A stretch of DNA of 64,000 bases from Candidatus Latescibacterota bacterium (lineage in GTDB: Bacteria; Latescibacterota; UBA2968; UBA8231). The notes under the pieces were generated by a model that was not told the DNA's origin, did no database searches, and saw only the letters and a program-made list of their open reading frames with translations. This document shows, in pieces, positions 38,354 to 46,978 of this stretch. The position numbers and the translations under genes were made by a program. The DNA lies in contig OZ244235.1 in NCBI GenBank assembly GCA_965217095.1, positions 3,336,175 through 3,400,174 of the forward strand. The letters are read 5' to 3'. Within the stretch, counting starts at the first letter, position 1, and every line of letters starts with the position of its first letter.

Positions 38354-39880
38354 TTACGTGGGAGAGGAACCTACTGTGTTAGGTCGAATAGGTAACGAGA
38401 CCGTCACCTGGGTACCCTTGCCGACCTCGCTCTCGATGTGGATTTCGCCCTGGTGGTCCTGGATAATTCGGTAGTCAGCTGTCAAACCGAATCCCATCTT
38501 CGTACGCTGGCCGGAGGCGCGGAAATCGAAATCGAAGATGCGCTCCAATTGGTCCGCGGGGATTCCCCTTCCGGTGTCGCTGATGCGCACGGAGGCTCGG
38601 GCATCCCTCAAGCTCGTACGGATCGTTATGTCTCCGGTATCCTCTATTGCCTCGATGGCATTCTTTAGCAAGTGCATAAATACCTGGTTTAGCTGGCCAG
38701 GTGAGCAAGCAACCGGTTGCATTTCCCCGTACTCCTTATGCAGGACAATCTGCTCCCCCAGCTGGCTCCCCAGCAAGGTCAGCACGCTGTCCAGTCCCTC
38801 ACAAAGATCGACGACCTGAAATTCCGCCTCATCCAAGCGGGCGAAATTCCGCAGGCTGTCGACGATACCGGTTGTGCGTTCGATTCCCTCGGCCACAATC
38901 CTGTTGGCATCGGACATGATCTTGAGCACCGGTTGGATGGCGCGGTTGTCGTCGTAGGCGTTGGGATAATCTGTTTTCAACGCCTGGCTCAGTTTTTCCG
39001 TGGCCCGGACCAGCGTGTCGTGCATGCTCTTAGCGGCCCCCAGAGGCGTGTTCATCTCGTGTGCCACGCCCGAGACCAGGTCACCAAGTGACGCCATCTT
39101 CTCCTGCATGACCAGCTGGTTCTGCGTTTCCCTGAGCAGGCGCAGGTTTTCTTCCAGAGCCTGGTTCTGTTCTTCTAGGCGCTGGAAGTCGAGATAGCGG
39201 AGATAACCCAGCGACAAGGCTTCCGTCAGTTCGCGGGTGATAATCAGATAATCATTCTCCAGCGCAATCACGCGAAAACCGACGATGCCGTACTTGAAGG
39301 GGACATAGATGTGGATCCCGTCTTGTGTTTCAGCATTGTCCAGCGGCATCGGCTGGTCCAGTCCAAACAGGTTGCCCAGTTCCTCCGTTCTCGCCGCGAC
39401 ATCCGCTGCGGTGACCGGGGTGGACAGGACCTCGCCTCGCCGCCACGCCGAGATTATTTTCTCATCTCTGGGACCAGACGACGTGGTCACTCCCACGGCT
39501 ATCTTATGATTTGATTCGACCAGCGAGGGAGAAGTCCATGAGATGCCGTATCTGCGGGGATTCGGGAGGGTATAGTAGGATATGCCAATACGGGCATCGT
39601 CCCCTTCTTCTTCCACAACGCGAATGTTGAGCCTGTTGATCTCGATCCCCAGCCCCACCATCTCCTGCAACATCATACCCATGATTTTCACAAGATCGCT
39701 GCTTTGACCCATAGCCATAGCCTCGGCCCGTATCCGCTCTACAGCAAGCCGGCGCTTGACCGCGTACACATCGCTTATCGGCGCGACCTGACGCAGCACT
39801 TCAAGCTCGGAAGCAAGCTGCTCTTTGGTTTTATCAGCGTCGTTCAAGACGGGACTCCTTGTGCCTGGCCCAGCATCCAC
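38354..39880 (-). CDS. Cytoplasmic sensor histidine kinase (N-terminal sensory region, HisKA, HATPase_c)
   Basis: 508 aa: ..LVSGVAHEMNTPLGA.. is the H-box. ..LLKNAIEAI..ISDTGRGIP..GFGLTA.. are the N/G boxes. No TM helices. Confidence 0.75.
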   Translation of the reverse strand: MDAGPGTRSPVLNDADKTKEQLASELEVLRQVAPISDVYAVKRRLAVERIRAEAMAMGQSSDLVKIMGMMLQEMVGLGIEINRLNIRVVEEEGDDARIGISYYTLPNPRRYGISWTSPSLVESNHKIAVGVTTSSGPRDEKIISAWRRGEVLSTPVTAADVAARTEELGNLFGLDQPMPLDNAETQDGIHIYVPFKYGIVGFRVIALENDYLIITRELTEALSLGYLRYLDFQRLEEQNQALEENLRLLRETQNQLVMQEKMASLGDLVSGVAHEMNTPLGAAKSMHDTLVRATEKLSQALKTDYPNAYDDNRAIQPVLKIMSDANRIVAEGIERTTGIVDSLRNFARLDEAEFQVVDLCEGLDSVLTLLGSQLGEQIVLHKEYGEMQPVACSPGQLNQVFMHLLKNAIEAIEDTGDITIRTSLRDARASVRISDTGRGIPADQLERIFDFDFRASGQRTKMGFGLTADYRIIQDHQGEIHIESEVGKGTQVTVSLPIRPNTVGSSPT

Positions 39881-39918
39881 GTGGGATTGCTGAGGCGTAG
39901 GAGGTCTTCAAACTTAAC

Positions 39919-40416
39919 TCACGGATTTCCGCCAAATGTGACGTAGTCGTCCAGGTCGAGTAAGTCGAACCATGTGGCGATGTCTTCGCGTAGCGTACTC
40001 GCCTCGTCTTTCTGAAGTTCATTATAGTATTCGCGTGTTTCGTAGTCGGCGGGCGCTCGCACTTCATGGTAGGAGGACCACTGCGCGATCTCCCACGGCG
40101 CACGTTGGTGCGGGGCATTGGCTTCAACCCACTCAAGGATTTTGGAATCCCCGTTACCTGCGACGAGTTCCTCTCTCAACTGATCCGGGTCAATCCCGGT
40201 ATAGCTGAGGAAGTGTTGGTCCATGGGACAGGCGTAATGGTAGGCCCCGTTCTGTTCAGCTATTGTCGCTCGCCCCTTGTCCAGCATGCGCGGCAGGATG
40301 ACGTACCCACCCAGGCGCACGCGCGGGCTGCGAGGAGGTCGCTGCGTCAGGTCGGGGGCCATGATGCCTTTATCCGAGTCGTTCGTGTTTCGAGACTTGC
40401 TCATCGTCTTCTCCAT
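39919..40416 (-). CDS. DUF5069 domain protein
   Basis: I moved the start to ATG 40416 (MEKTMSKSRN...). PRSPRVRLGGYVILPRMLDKGRA...YHYACPMDQHFL is the DUF5069 pattern. Confidence 0.5.
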   Translation of the reverse strand: MEKTMSKSRNTNDSDKGIMAPDLTQRPPRSPRVRLGGYVILPRMLDKGRATIAEQNGAYHYACPMDQHFLSYTGIDPDQLREELVAGNGDSKILEWVEANAPHQRAPWEIAQWSSYHEVRAPADYETREYYNELQKDEASTLREDIATWFDLLDLDDYVTFGGNP

Positions 40417-40579
40417 GTGTGGTAGCTTGTTTGTTCTTGAACCACAAGCAGGCTGCAATCTGGTGCGATAACATAATACCCGTGCCGTTGGTAGGGCAAT
40501 TTGACCATGCTGAGGCGATGTGCGAAATTGCAATCCTCCATCTCGAACCGCTTCGCGTACACACGGAATCCGAGGTCTA

Positions 40580-41359
40580 ATGAGCGCGATCGTACCAGAA
40601 AATCTATGCAAAGCCAAGCTGGCTGACGGCAGTTTCGTTCTCGGAACGATGCTCGTCCACACGCGACAACCAGTGGTTATGAACATCCTCGCTCAAGCCG
40701 GCTACGACTTCGTAATCATCGATAACGAACACGGGGTCTTCACCAACGAGACGATCTCCGATCTGTCCGTGGCTGCGCGCAACGCCGAGGTCACGCCGAT
40801 GGTGCGGATTACCGACGGCACCTACACGCAGGTCGCCCAGGCCCTGGACGGCGGCGTGCAAGGCATCATGTTGCCGCGGGTCTACACCGTGGAGCAGGTG
40901 GAGAAGGTGGCCAACATTATGAAGTACCCGCCGGTGGGAGGGCGGGGATGTGCCACCGGCCGTGCCAGCAACGATTTTCAACGCGCCGACGTTGGAGAAT
41001 TCATGGAAGGCATGAATCGCGAAAGCATGCTGATCGTGCAGGTCGAAACCGCTGAGATCCTGGAGCACCTCGACGAGGTTGCCGCCATTCCGGCGGTGGA
41101 CGTCCTGTTCGTCGGTCCGAACGATCTCTCGATCGCTTTCGGAGTGGCGGGGCAAGTCAAGGACTCCCGCGTGACCGATGCGTGTGAGAAAGTCGTCGAA
41201 ACCTGCGTGAACCACGGAAAGTCGCCGGCGCTGCAGGTCAACGCCGCCGAAGATCTGACCGGCTGGCGCGACCGCGGTATGCAGATGCTCAGCGCTGGCA
41301 GCGAAATGGGATTCTTGGGGGCCGGCGCTCGTCTCTTCTCGACGCCGCTGAAAGCTTAG
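40580..41359 (+). CDS. HpcH/HpaI family aldolase (2-keto-3-deoxy sugar-acid aldolase)
   Basis: I moved the start to ATG 40580 (MSAIVPENL.., RBS gagg). ..FVIIDNEHG..VRITDG..IMLPRV..VQVET.. are family motifs. Confidence 0.7.
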   Translation: MSAIVPENLCKAKLADGSFVLGTMLVHTRQPVVMNILAQAGYDFVIIDNEHGVFTNETISDLSVAARNAEVTPMVRITDGTYTQVAQALDGGVQGIMLPRVYTVEQVEKVANIMKYPPVGGRGCATGRASNDFQRADVGEFMEGMNRESMLIVQVETAEILEHLDEVAAIPAVDVLFVGPNDLSIAFGVAGQVKDSRVTDACEKVVETCVNHGKSPALQVNAAEDLTGWRDRGMQMLSAGSEMGFLGAGARLFSTPLKA

Positions 41360-41426
41360 GCTTAAAACGTAAAAAGCAAGACAAGCGCTGCGGGACACTA
41401 ACCAGAACTGAGCGGAGGCTAGAAAG

Positions 41427-42143
41427 ATGCGACCTATCTTCGTTGGTATCGAATACGCCGGTAAAACGACCCTGATCAAGCAGCTGGAGCAGTATTACCA
41501 CCGCCGCGGCCTTTCGACCCACAACGACGATCACTTCACCATACCGGACAAACACCTGAGCCCCGAATCGAGCAAGCTGATGGTCGGGTTTCCGGCGGAT
41601 GTGAAGGAACGTATGCAGCGCATGCAGATCCACTACCACATAGAGATCATCAAGAAGTTCGAGTACCCGATGGTGGCCGGGTGGCACATCGAGGAGGCGA
41701 TCTACTCCAAGTTCTACGGCAACGATCCCGAGCATCCGTATTACCCCACCTACATCTACGACTTCCAGCGGCTCTACGAGTCGGCCGTGATCGAAGCCCA
41801 CCTGCCGGACGTAGTGTTGATCCATGTCACTGCCAGCGACGAAGAGGTCCGTCGCCGTATGAAAGCGGATCCCCACGAGTTTCAGGTCATCCGTGAGGGG
41901 GATATCGGTGCCATCAAAGAGCGGTTCGACGAAGAGGTCGCAAAATCCTTGTTCACACATCAGCACCGCAAGGTTGATCTAGATACCACGGGAAAGACGC
42001 CGGCGCAGTCCTTGGACGAGCTCCTGCTGGCCACCGAACGCATGATCACTACGGCGGAGCTGGCCATGCGTTGTATGACCTTCCCCGACAACGAGTACCA
42101 GGTGCGGTACGAAGGCGGCGTCCGCAAGATGATTCCGAAATAG
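41427..42143 (+). CDS. Uncharacterised P-loop NTPase, third paralog of the 5905/6722 family
   Basis: 238 aa: MRPIFVGIEYAGKTTLIKQLEQYY...DDHFTIPDKHLSPE.. has the same Walker A context and HFTIP motif. Confidence 0.6.
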   Translation: MRPIFVGIEYAGKTTLIKQLEQYYHRRGLSTHNDDHFTIPDKHLSPESSKLMVGFPADVKERMQRMQIHYHIEIIKKFEYPMVAGWHIEEAIYSKFYGNDPEHPYYPTYIYDFQRLYESAVIEAHLPDVVLIHVTASDEEVRRRMKADPHEFQVIREGDIGAIKERFDEEVAKSLFTHQHRKVDLDTTGKTPAQSLDELLLATERMITTAELAMRCMTFPDNEYQVRYEGGVRKMIPK

Positions 42144-42201
42144 CGCGCGAGGGTTCGCCTGCCGTCCCTCTCAGTCCTTTCGCCTCTTCCCGAAGGACAC
42201 A

Positions 42202-43026
42202 TTGATGTCGTACGAAACACTCTTCTACAATTCCCGTTGGTGGATCACCTTGAAGGGAAGACTGTTGGCGGGCTACAACGCTAACCACCTGCGCCCTTAC
42301 GTCTTTCCGTTCTACAGCCCCAATGGGGCGCTGGTCTTGCAGGAGTCGCCCCCGGATCACCCTCACCATCAGGGCATTTGCGTGGGATTGGAAGTCGACG
42401 GCCACGATATCTGGAACGCCGGTTCGGGCGGCAAAGCCAGACATCGTCAGGAGATGCAACCGGCTCTCAAAGAGGTAAAGCCGGAGGTCGATACTGACGG
42501 CGTCTCGCTTACCCACTCCGTCGAATGGCAAACCGAAGGAGGTGACTTGCTGTTATCGGAAGAGCGGCAGATCCGCTTCAGCGGCAACGGCTCGTTGAAT
42601 CTCGCTACCTGGCATTCCACGTTCACCGCCGTTGGCACGACGACTCTAGGTCAAACCAAGGAATCGGGAATCGGTGTTCGGGTGCCGCCCCATTGGGAGA
42701 CCAAATGGGGCGGAGAAATTCGCAACGCGGACGGTCAGACCGGAGAAGAGAACACATTCGACAAAATGTCATCCTGGGTGAATGTGCAGGGTACTGCTCT
42801 TGGGCCTGAAAAAGCGGGGGTCGTTCTGCGCCCGCTGCCGCAGTCGGAAGCCTGCCCCTGGTTCACCCGCGACTACGGCCCCCAACTCTACAATCCACTG
42901 CGTCACCACCCGCTCGAACTCAACGACGGTGAGAGTTTCAGCTGGCATCTGCAGGTAGCCGCCTACGACGGCGACCGTTCGATCGCCGATATCGAAACTC
43001 TTCTAGCTCTGACGCCCTTGAACTGA
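42202..43026 (+). CDS. PmoA-like / DUF6807 family protein
   Basis: 274 aa: ..PPDHPHHQGICVGLEVDGHDIWN.. matches the HPHHRG(L/I)W signature of DUF6807. Confidence 0.55.
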   Translation: MMSYETLFYNSRWWITLKGRLLAGYNANHLRPYVFPFYSPNGALVLQESPPDHPHHQGICVGLEVDGHDIWNAGSGGKARHRQEMQPALKEVKPEVDTDGVSLTHSVEWQTEGGDLLLSEERQIRFSGNGSLNLATWHSTFTAVGTTTLGQTKESGIGVRVPPHWETKWGGEIRNADGQTGEENTFDKMSSWVNVQGTALGPEKAGVVLRPLPQSEACPWFTRDYGPQLYNPLRHHPLELNDGESFSWHLQVAAYDGDRSIADIETLLALTPLN

Positions 43027-43048
43027 ATACAGAAAAGAGATCAGACAC

Positions 43049-43882
43049 ATGAGCGATCTGCAGCTGGTCGAGGAAGACCTGCGGTTCAAATTCTACTATA
43101 AAGGCCAGTTCGGTCTGGCGTACAACAAGGGATTCAAGGATCTCGGCGATTTCTATCTGTCGCGGCCTAACTTCTTCCCGGTGTATTCACCCAGCGGTCG
43201 ACCGGTTACCACCAACTGCGCCTACCGTTACAACCACCACAAATCGATCTTCATCGGGCATGCTAAGGTCAACGGTATCAACTTCTTCCACGACAACAAC
43301 CACGTCCGCGACGATCTGGGAGATGTGCTGCTTCAGAGTCACCAGAGCAATACCACTGGGTCAAGAATCGAGCTCAAGACCAAGAACGACTGGACTACCA
43401 AGGCCGGCGAGCTCTTACTCAAAGAGGACCGCGACATCTCCTGGACCCCAGGTGACCAGGTACACGTGTTGGACATTTCCAGCAGTCTCGTTTCACAGAT
43501 CGGCGATATCGTCTTCGAAAAAGACACTCACTCTTACATAGGTATTCGCGTTGCCGACAGCATGGATGCAGAGGACGGGGGGCGGGTGGTGAATTCGAAG
43601 GGCCAGGTGAATGAAGAAGAAGCGATGGGCGAGTCCGCCGACTGGCTCGACTACAGCGGTACCGTTGTGGACAAATCGGTTGGCGTTACCCTGATGCCCC
43701 ACGCCGACAATCCCCCGTCATCTCTCTTCGTGCGCAACTACGGCACCATTCTGTCGAACTTTACCTACAGCGTTTCGTATACCCTGAAGGCTGGAGAGAT
43801 CCTGGCGCAGCGGTTTAGAATCCTGGTTCACGAAGGCACGGCGGACGACGTGGACATCGACAGCTACCTTCAGAGAGACTAG
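43049..43882 (+). CDS. PmoA-like / DUF6807 family protein, second paralog
   Basis: 277 aa: ..YRYNHHKSIFIGHAKVNGINFFHD.. It is tandem with the previous gene. Confidence 0.5.
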   Translation: MSDLQLVEEDLRFKFYYKGQFGLAYNKGFKDLGDFYLSRPNFFPVYSPSGRPVTTNCAYRYNHHKSIFIGHAKVNGINFFHDNNHVRDDLGDVLLQSHQSNTTGSRIELKTKNDWTTKAGELLLKEDRDISWTPGDQVHVLDISSSLVSQIGDIVFEKDTHSYIGIRVADSMDAEDGGRVVNSKGQVNEEEAMGESADWLDYSGTVVDKSVGVTLMPHADNPPSSLFVRNYGTILSNFTYSVSYTLKAGEILAQRFRILVHEGTADDVDIDSYLQRD

Positions 43883-43909
43883 GCTGAAATCGGCAGGAAG
43901 GAGATAGTC

Positions 43910-46114
43910 GTGAAAAAAGCACTTGAACGACTAGAGCGGAGCGCAAGACTCCAACCAGTATGGCTACTATGTGTCTGGGGTTCTGCCTTAGCGCTCGAGG
44001 TAACCGGTGTCGTGCTAAAGGAGATCCCGGTGTTCGGACCGGTGACCCGCAAAGTCAGCGTCGAGGGAGCGTCGATCCGTTTCACCAGCGAAGGCAATCC
44101 CGGCGAGTTCTATTCCGACAGCACCGGCGCCGAAGGCCGGTTTCGTATCGACCTCGACGAGCAGGATACCGCAGTCGAAAGCGAGAACAACGCCAAACCT
44201 ATTGCGTTCCAGCTAAACCAAAACTATCCCAATCCGTTTAATCCCGGCACTGTCATATCGTACCAGCTCCCGCGTGCGGTCAGAGCCGAGGTTGTCATCT
44301 ACAACAGCATCGGGCAACAGATTCGCAGTCTGGTGGACGACTACCAGGAATTGGGCAGTCACGCGGTGATATGGGATGGACGTGACGATCAAGGACGGTC
44401 GCTTGCCTCGGGTGTCTACATCTATCGGTTAACGGCAGGATCGTTCTCCGAAGCAAAGAAGATGGTGTTGATCGACGGTCCCAACTCCTCGCTTTCCAGC
44501 TTGCCGTTGATCATGGGCAATGGCGGAGGAAGATCGGCGGCCAACAAGGTTCTGAGCAAACTGGCTAACGTCGATCTCATCGAGGGCATCCCCCTGTCAC
44601 AGGCAGCCCGCAAACTGGCGCAGCTGCGAAGCTTTGTGGTCTCCATCGACGCCTACAAACAGGTACCGTTCGAACAAGCCGGCGTCGTTGTGCTACAAGA
44701 CACCGCGCTCACCTTCCTGATGGATGAGGATAAACGCGAAGGTGTGATCTTTCTGAAAGAGGGACAACGACAACTCTTTCTGGACGATTACAACATCGAA
44801 GAGATGTCCGGCCTCACTCGCACGATGCACCAACCGCAAAAAAAGGGGGCTGTAATTCGTCCGAACTGGCTTGAGGGTGAGACCAGCCTGCAGACGCGCA
44901 GTGCTCCCTTCTGGGATCCGCTAGAGGAGGTGTACAAGCTCTGGCTGATTGACGGCACCTACCGAACCAGCCCCGACGGTCTGCATTGGGTGCCGGCCCC
45001 GGAAGGTGATACCGGGGTCAGTGAGGTGTTCTTCGATCCCCTGGACCCGGATCCGGAACGGCGTTACAAGTCGTTCCATCCCAAGCGGCTAGCGGTTTCG
45101 CCGGACGGCCGCAACTGGACCGTTTTGCCAGCCCGTTTTCCAAACGCCTCCGACGAGTGGAATTTCTCCCTCGATCTTGAGAATCGCATCTACGTCGCGA
45201 CCATCAAGATGGGAGGACCATATGGACGGGCTGTATATCTGACGACGAGCCAGTCGTTCGACAACTGGAGCACGCCGGAGCTGATATTCCACGCCGACGC
45301 GCTCGACCAGGAGCTGGGGCGCGACAATATCGAGGAGCGTTTCGCCGATGAAAGTCTGCTCACGCCGCCCTGGAACGATCCCAGTGTATACAATGTGGAC
45401 AGCTATAACATGGGTGTATTTCGCTACGAATCGGTCTACCTCGGAACGCCGGCAATGTTTCATGCCGTGGGTCCGGTTCCGAACTACCCGAACACCGACG
45501 GTTTCCACCTGATTCAACTTGCACTCAGTCGCGACTTGAAAACCTGGACCCGGCTGGGGGATCGCCAGCCGTTCATCGGTCCATCGAAACGAGACTCCGG
45601 TGCTTACGACCTAACCCAGCTCGTCGGACCTTCGCGGGCCATCCTGCGCGGAGATGAGTTGTGGTTCTATTACACCGGCATAAAATACCGGGGCGCAGGT
45701 TTGATTTACGTTGGCACCTTCCCCAGCGGCGAGTGGATTCACCGGCCCGGTTTCGATGTCGACACCGGCGCCATCTGTTTGGCAGTGTTGCGCCGCGATG
45801 GTTTCATTTCGCTGGACGCCGGGGATACGGAAGCTGTTCTGCTAACGAAACCGCTGGTCTGGCGCGGTTCCAGCCTTTGGGTCAACGTGAGCACCCAGGC
45901 CGGCGATGTCCGCGTTGAGGTTTTGGATGAAAACGGTGACCTGCTGCGGGAGGGATTGTCGAGTGCCCGCTCGATGCCGGTGGTGCGCGACGGGGTCCGC
46001 CTTCCCGTCGTCTGGCAAGACGAACACGATCTTGCCGACTTAGGTCAAAAACTGGTGCGGTTGCGCTTTTTCGTGAGAGACGCCGAGCTATATTCCTTCT
46101 GGACCGAGCAATAG
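43910..46114 (+). CDS. Secreted 734-aa protein: signal peptide, CarbopepD-reg-like domain, N-terminally placed FlgD-Ig/T9SS-sorting-like domain, then a beta-propeller/beta-sandwich glycoside-hydrolase-like region (GH43/GH32/GH130-type fold)
   Basis: ..NQNYPNPFNPGTVISYQL..VVIYNSIGQQIRSLVDD..WDGRDDQGRSLASGVYIYRL..KKMVLIDG is the same sorting-like module as in 18438-20981. The C-terminal region is rich in W/Y/D/G. I assigned the GH fold by eye only. Confidence 0.45.
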   Translation: MKKALERLERSARLQPVWLLCVWGSALALEVTGVVLKEIPVFGPVTRKVSVEGASIRFTSEGNPGEFYSDSTGAEGRFRIDLDEQDTAVESENNAKPIAFQLNQNYPNPFNPGTVISYQLPRAVRAEVVIYNSIGQQIRSLVDDYQELGSHAVIWDGRDDQGRSLASGVYIYRLTAGSFSEAKKMVLIDGPNSSLSSLPLIMGNGGGRSAANKVLSKLANVDLIEGIPLSQAARKLAQLRSFVVSIDAYKQVPFEQAGVVVLQDTALTFLMDEDKREGVIFLKEGQRQLFLDDYNIEEMSGLTRTMHQPQKKGAVIRPNWLEGETSLQTRSAPFWDPLEEVYKLWLIDGTYRTSPDGLHWVPAPEGDTGVSEVFFDPLDPDPERRYKSFHPKRLAVSPDGRNWTVLPARFPNASDEWNFSLDLENRIYVATIKMGGPYGRAVYLTTSQSFDNWSTPELIFHADALDQELGRDNIEERFADESLLTPPWNDPSVYNVDSYNMGVFRYESVYLGTPAMFHAVGPVPNYPNTDGFHLIQLALSRDLKTWTRLGDRQPFIGPSKRDSGAYDLTQLVGPSRAILRGDELWFYYTGIKYRGAGLIYVGTFPSGEWIHRPGFDVDTGAICLAVLRRDGFISLDAGDTEAVLLTKPLVWRGSSLWVNVSTQAGDVRVEVLDENGDLLREGLSSARSMPVVRDGVRLPVVWQDEHDLADLGQKLVRLRFFVRDAELYSFWTEQ

Positions 46115-46183
46115 GGAGCTATATCAAGCGTGTTGTGCGACGGGATTGAGCAGGCAGTCCATCGGGTTGGCGTGACCCACGGC

Positions 46184-46966
46184 TTATGCCTCGGTCTCCG
46201 AGGAGTAACATACGTAGAGTCGATTCTCTGCTTCGAGAGTCAGCTTTTCCGAATAGTGATACACCTGTAGATCGTTCGCCGCTGGTTCATCAGGCGGGGC
46301 GGCAGAAGTAGATGTTTCGATCACGAAATCAACGAAATGCGGGGCGTTGAAAGCCGCAAAGGCTAGCTGGAGACCGTCCACCAGGCGCTCCTGTTCTCTC
46401 GACAGATCCGGTAGAACAATCGGGCCGGTGTCCACCTGATAGATCTCGGCATACTGCTGATGTTTCTCATCCTGGCGATACCTGCCGATCTCGCGGCAGG
46501 TGTTCATGGTCTTTACCGGATATTCAATTATGGCGCATAGCTGCGTTTCACTATTGCGAATCTCGGTTTGTGCCACGATGGGCAGCATCTCTCGCGTCGC
46601 TTCCAGAATCGCATGTTGTCCATCAAGCAGGGTGCAGGTCGTTCCCTCCATCAGGTGATATCGCGGGCCGTCCCACATATTTTCGGTCTTCAGTACCGAC
46701 TTGTAATTCTGGTTGAGCCATGCCCGGCGGCGAAAGTAGATCCCGAATTCGGTGCCAAACACCGGCATGAAATCGTAGTTGTCGTCAATAAACAGATCGC
46801 TTTCTCCAAAGGTGTTCTCGCTCTTGCACGAAGCGCACTGCACGTACTCTTCGGTGGCGCCGGATTTTTCATCGACAATACGCGTGCGCGATTCCACCCA
46901 GAAACGAACCTCGTTTCCGGGGGCCGTGCCAATCAAGAACGAGCGTCCGTAATCAAGTGGGTTCAT
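46184..46966 (-). CDS. Hypothetical protein (260 aa)
   Basis: Intact ORF with protein-like composition. No recognisable domain. Confidence 0.4.
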   Translation of the reverse strand: MNPLDYGRSFLIGTAPGNEVRFWVESRTRIVDEKSGATEEYVQCASCKSENTFGESDLFIDDNYDFMPVFGTEFGIYFRRRAWLNQNYKSVLKTENMWDGPRYHLMEGTTCTLLDGQHAILEATREMLPIVAQTEIRNSETQLCAIIEYPVKTMNTCREIGRYRQDEKHQQYAEIYQVDTGPIVLPDLSREQERLVDGLQLAFAAFNAPHFVDFVIETSTSAAPPDEPAANDLQVYHYSEKLTLEAENRLYVCYSSETEA

Positions 46967-46978
46967 TGGGAGTGCCTC

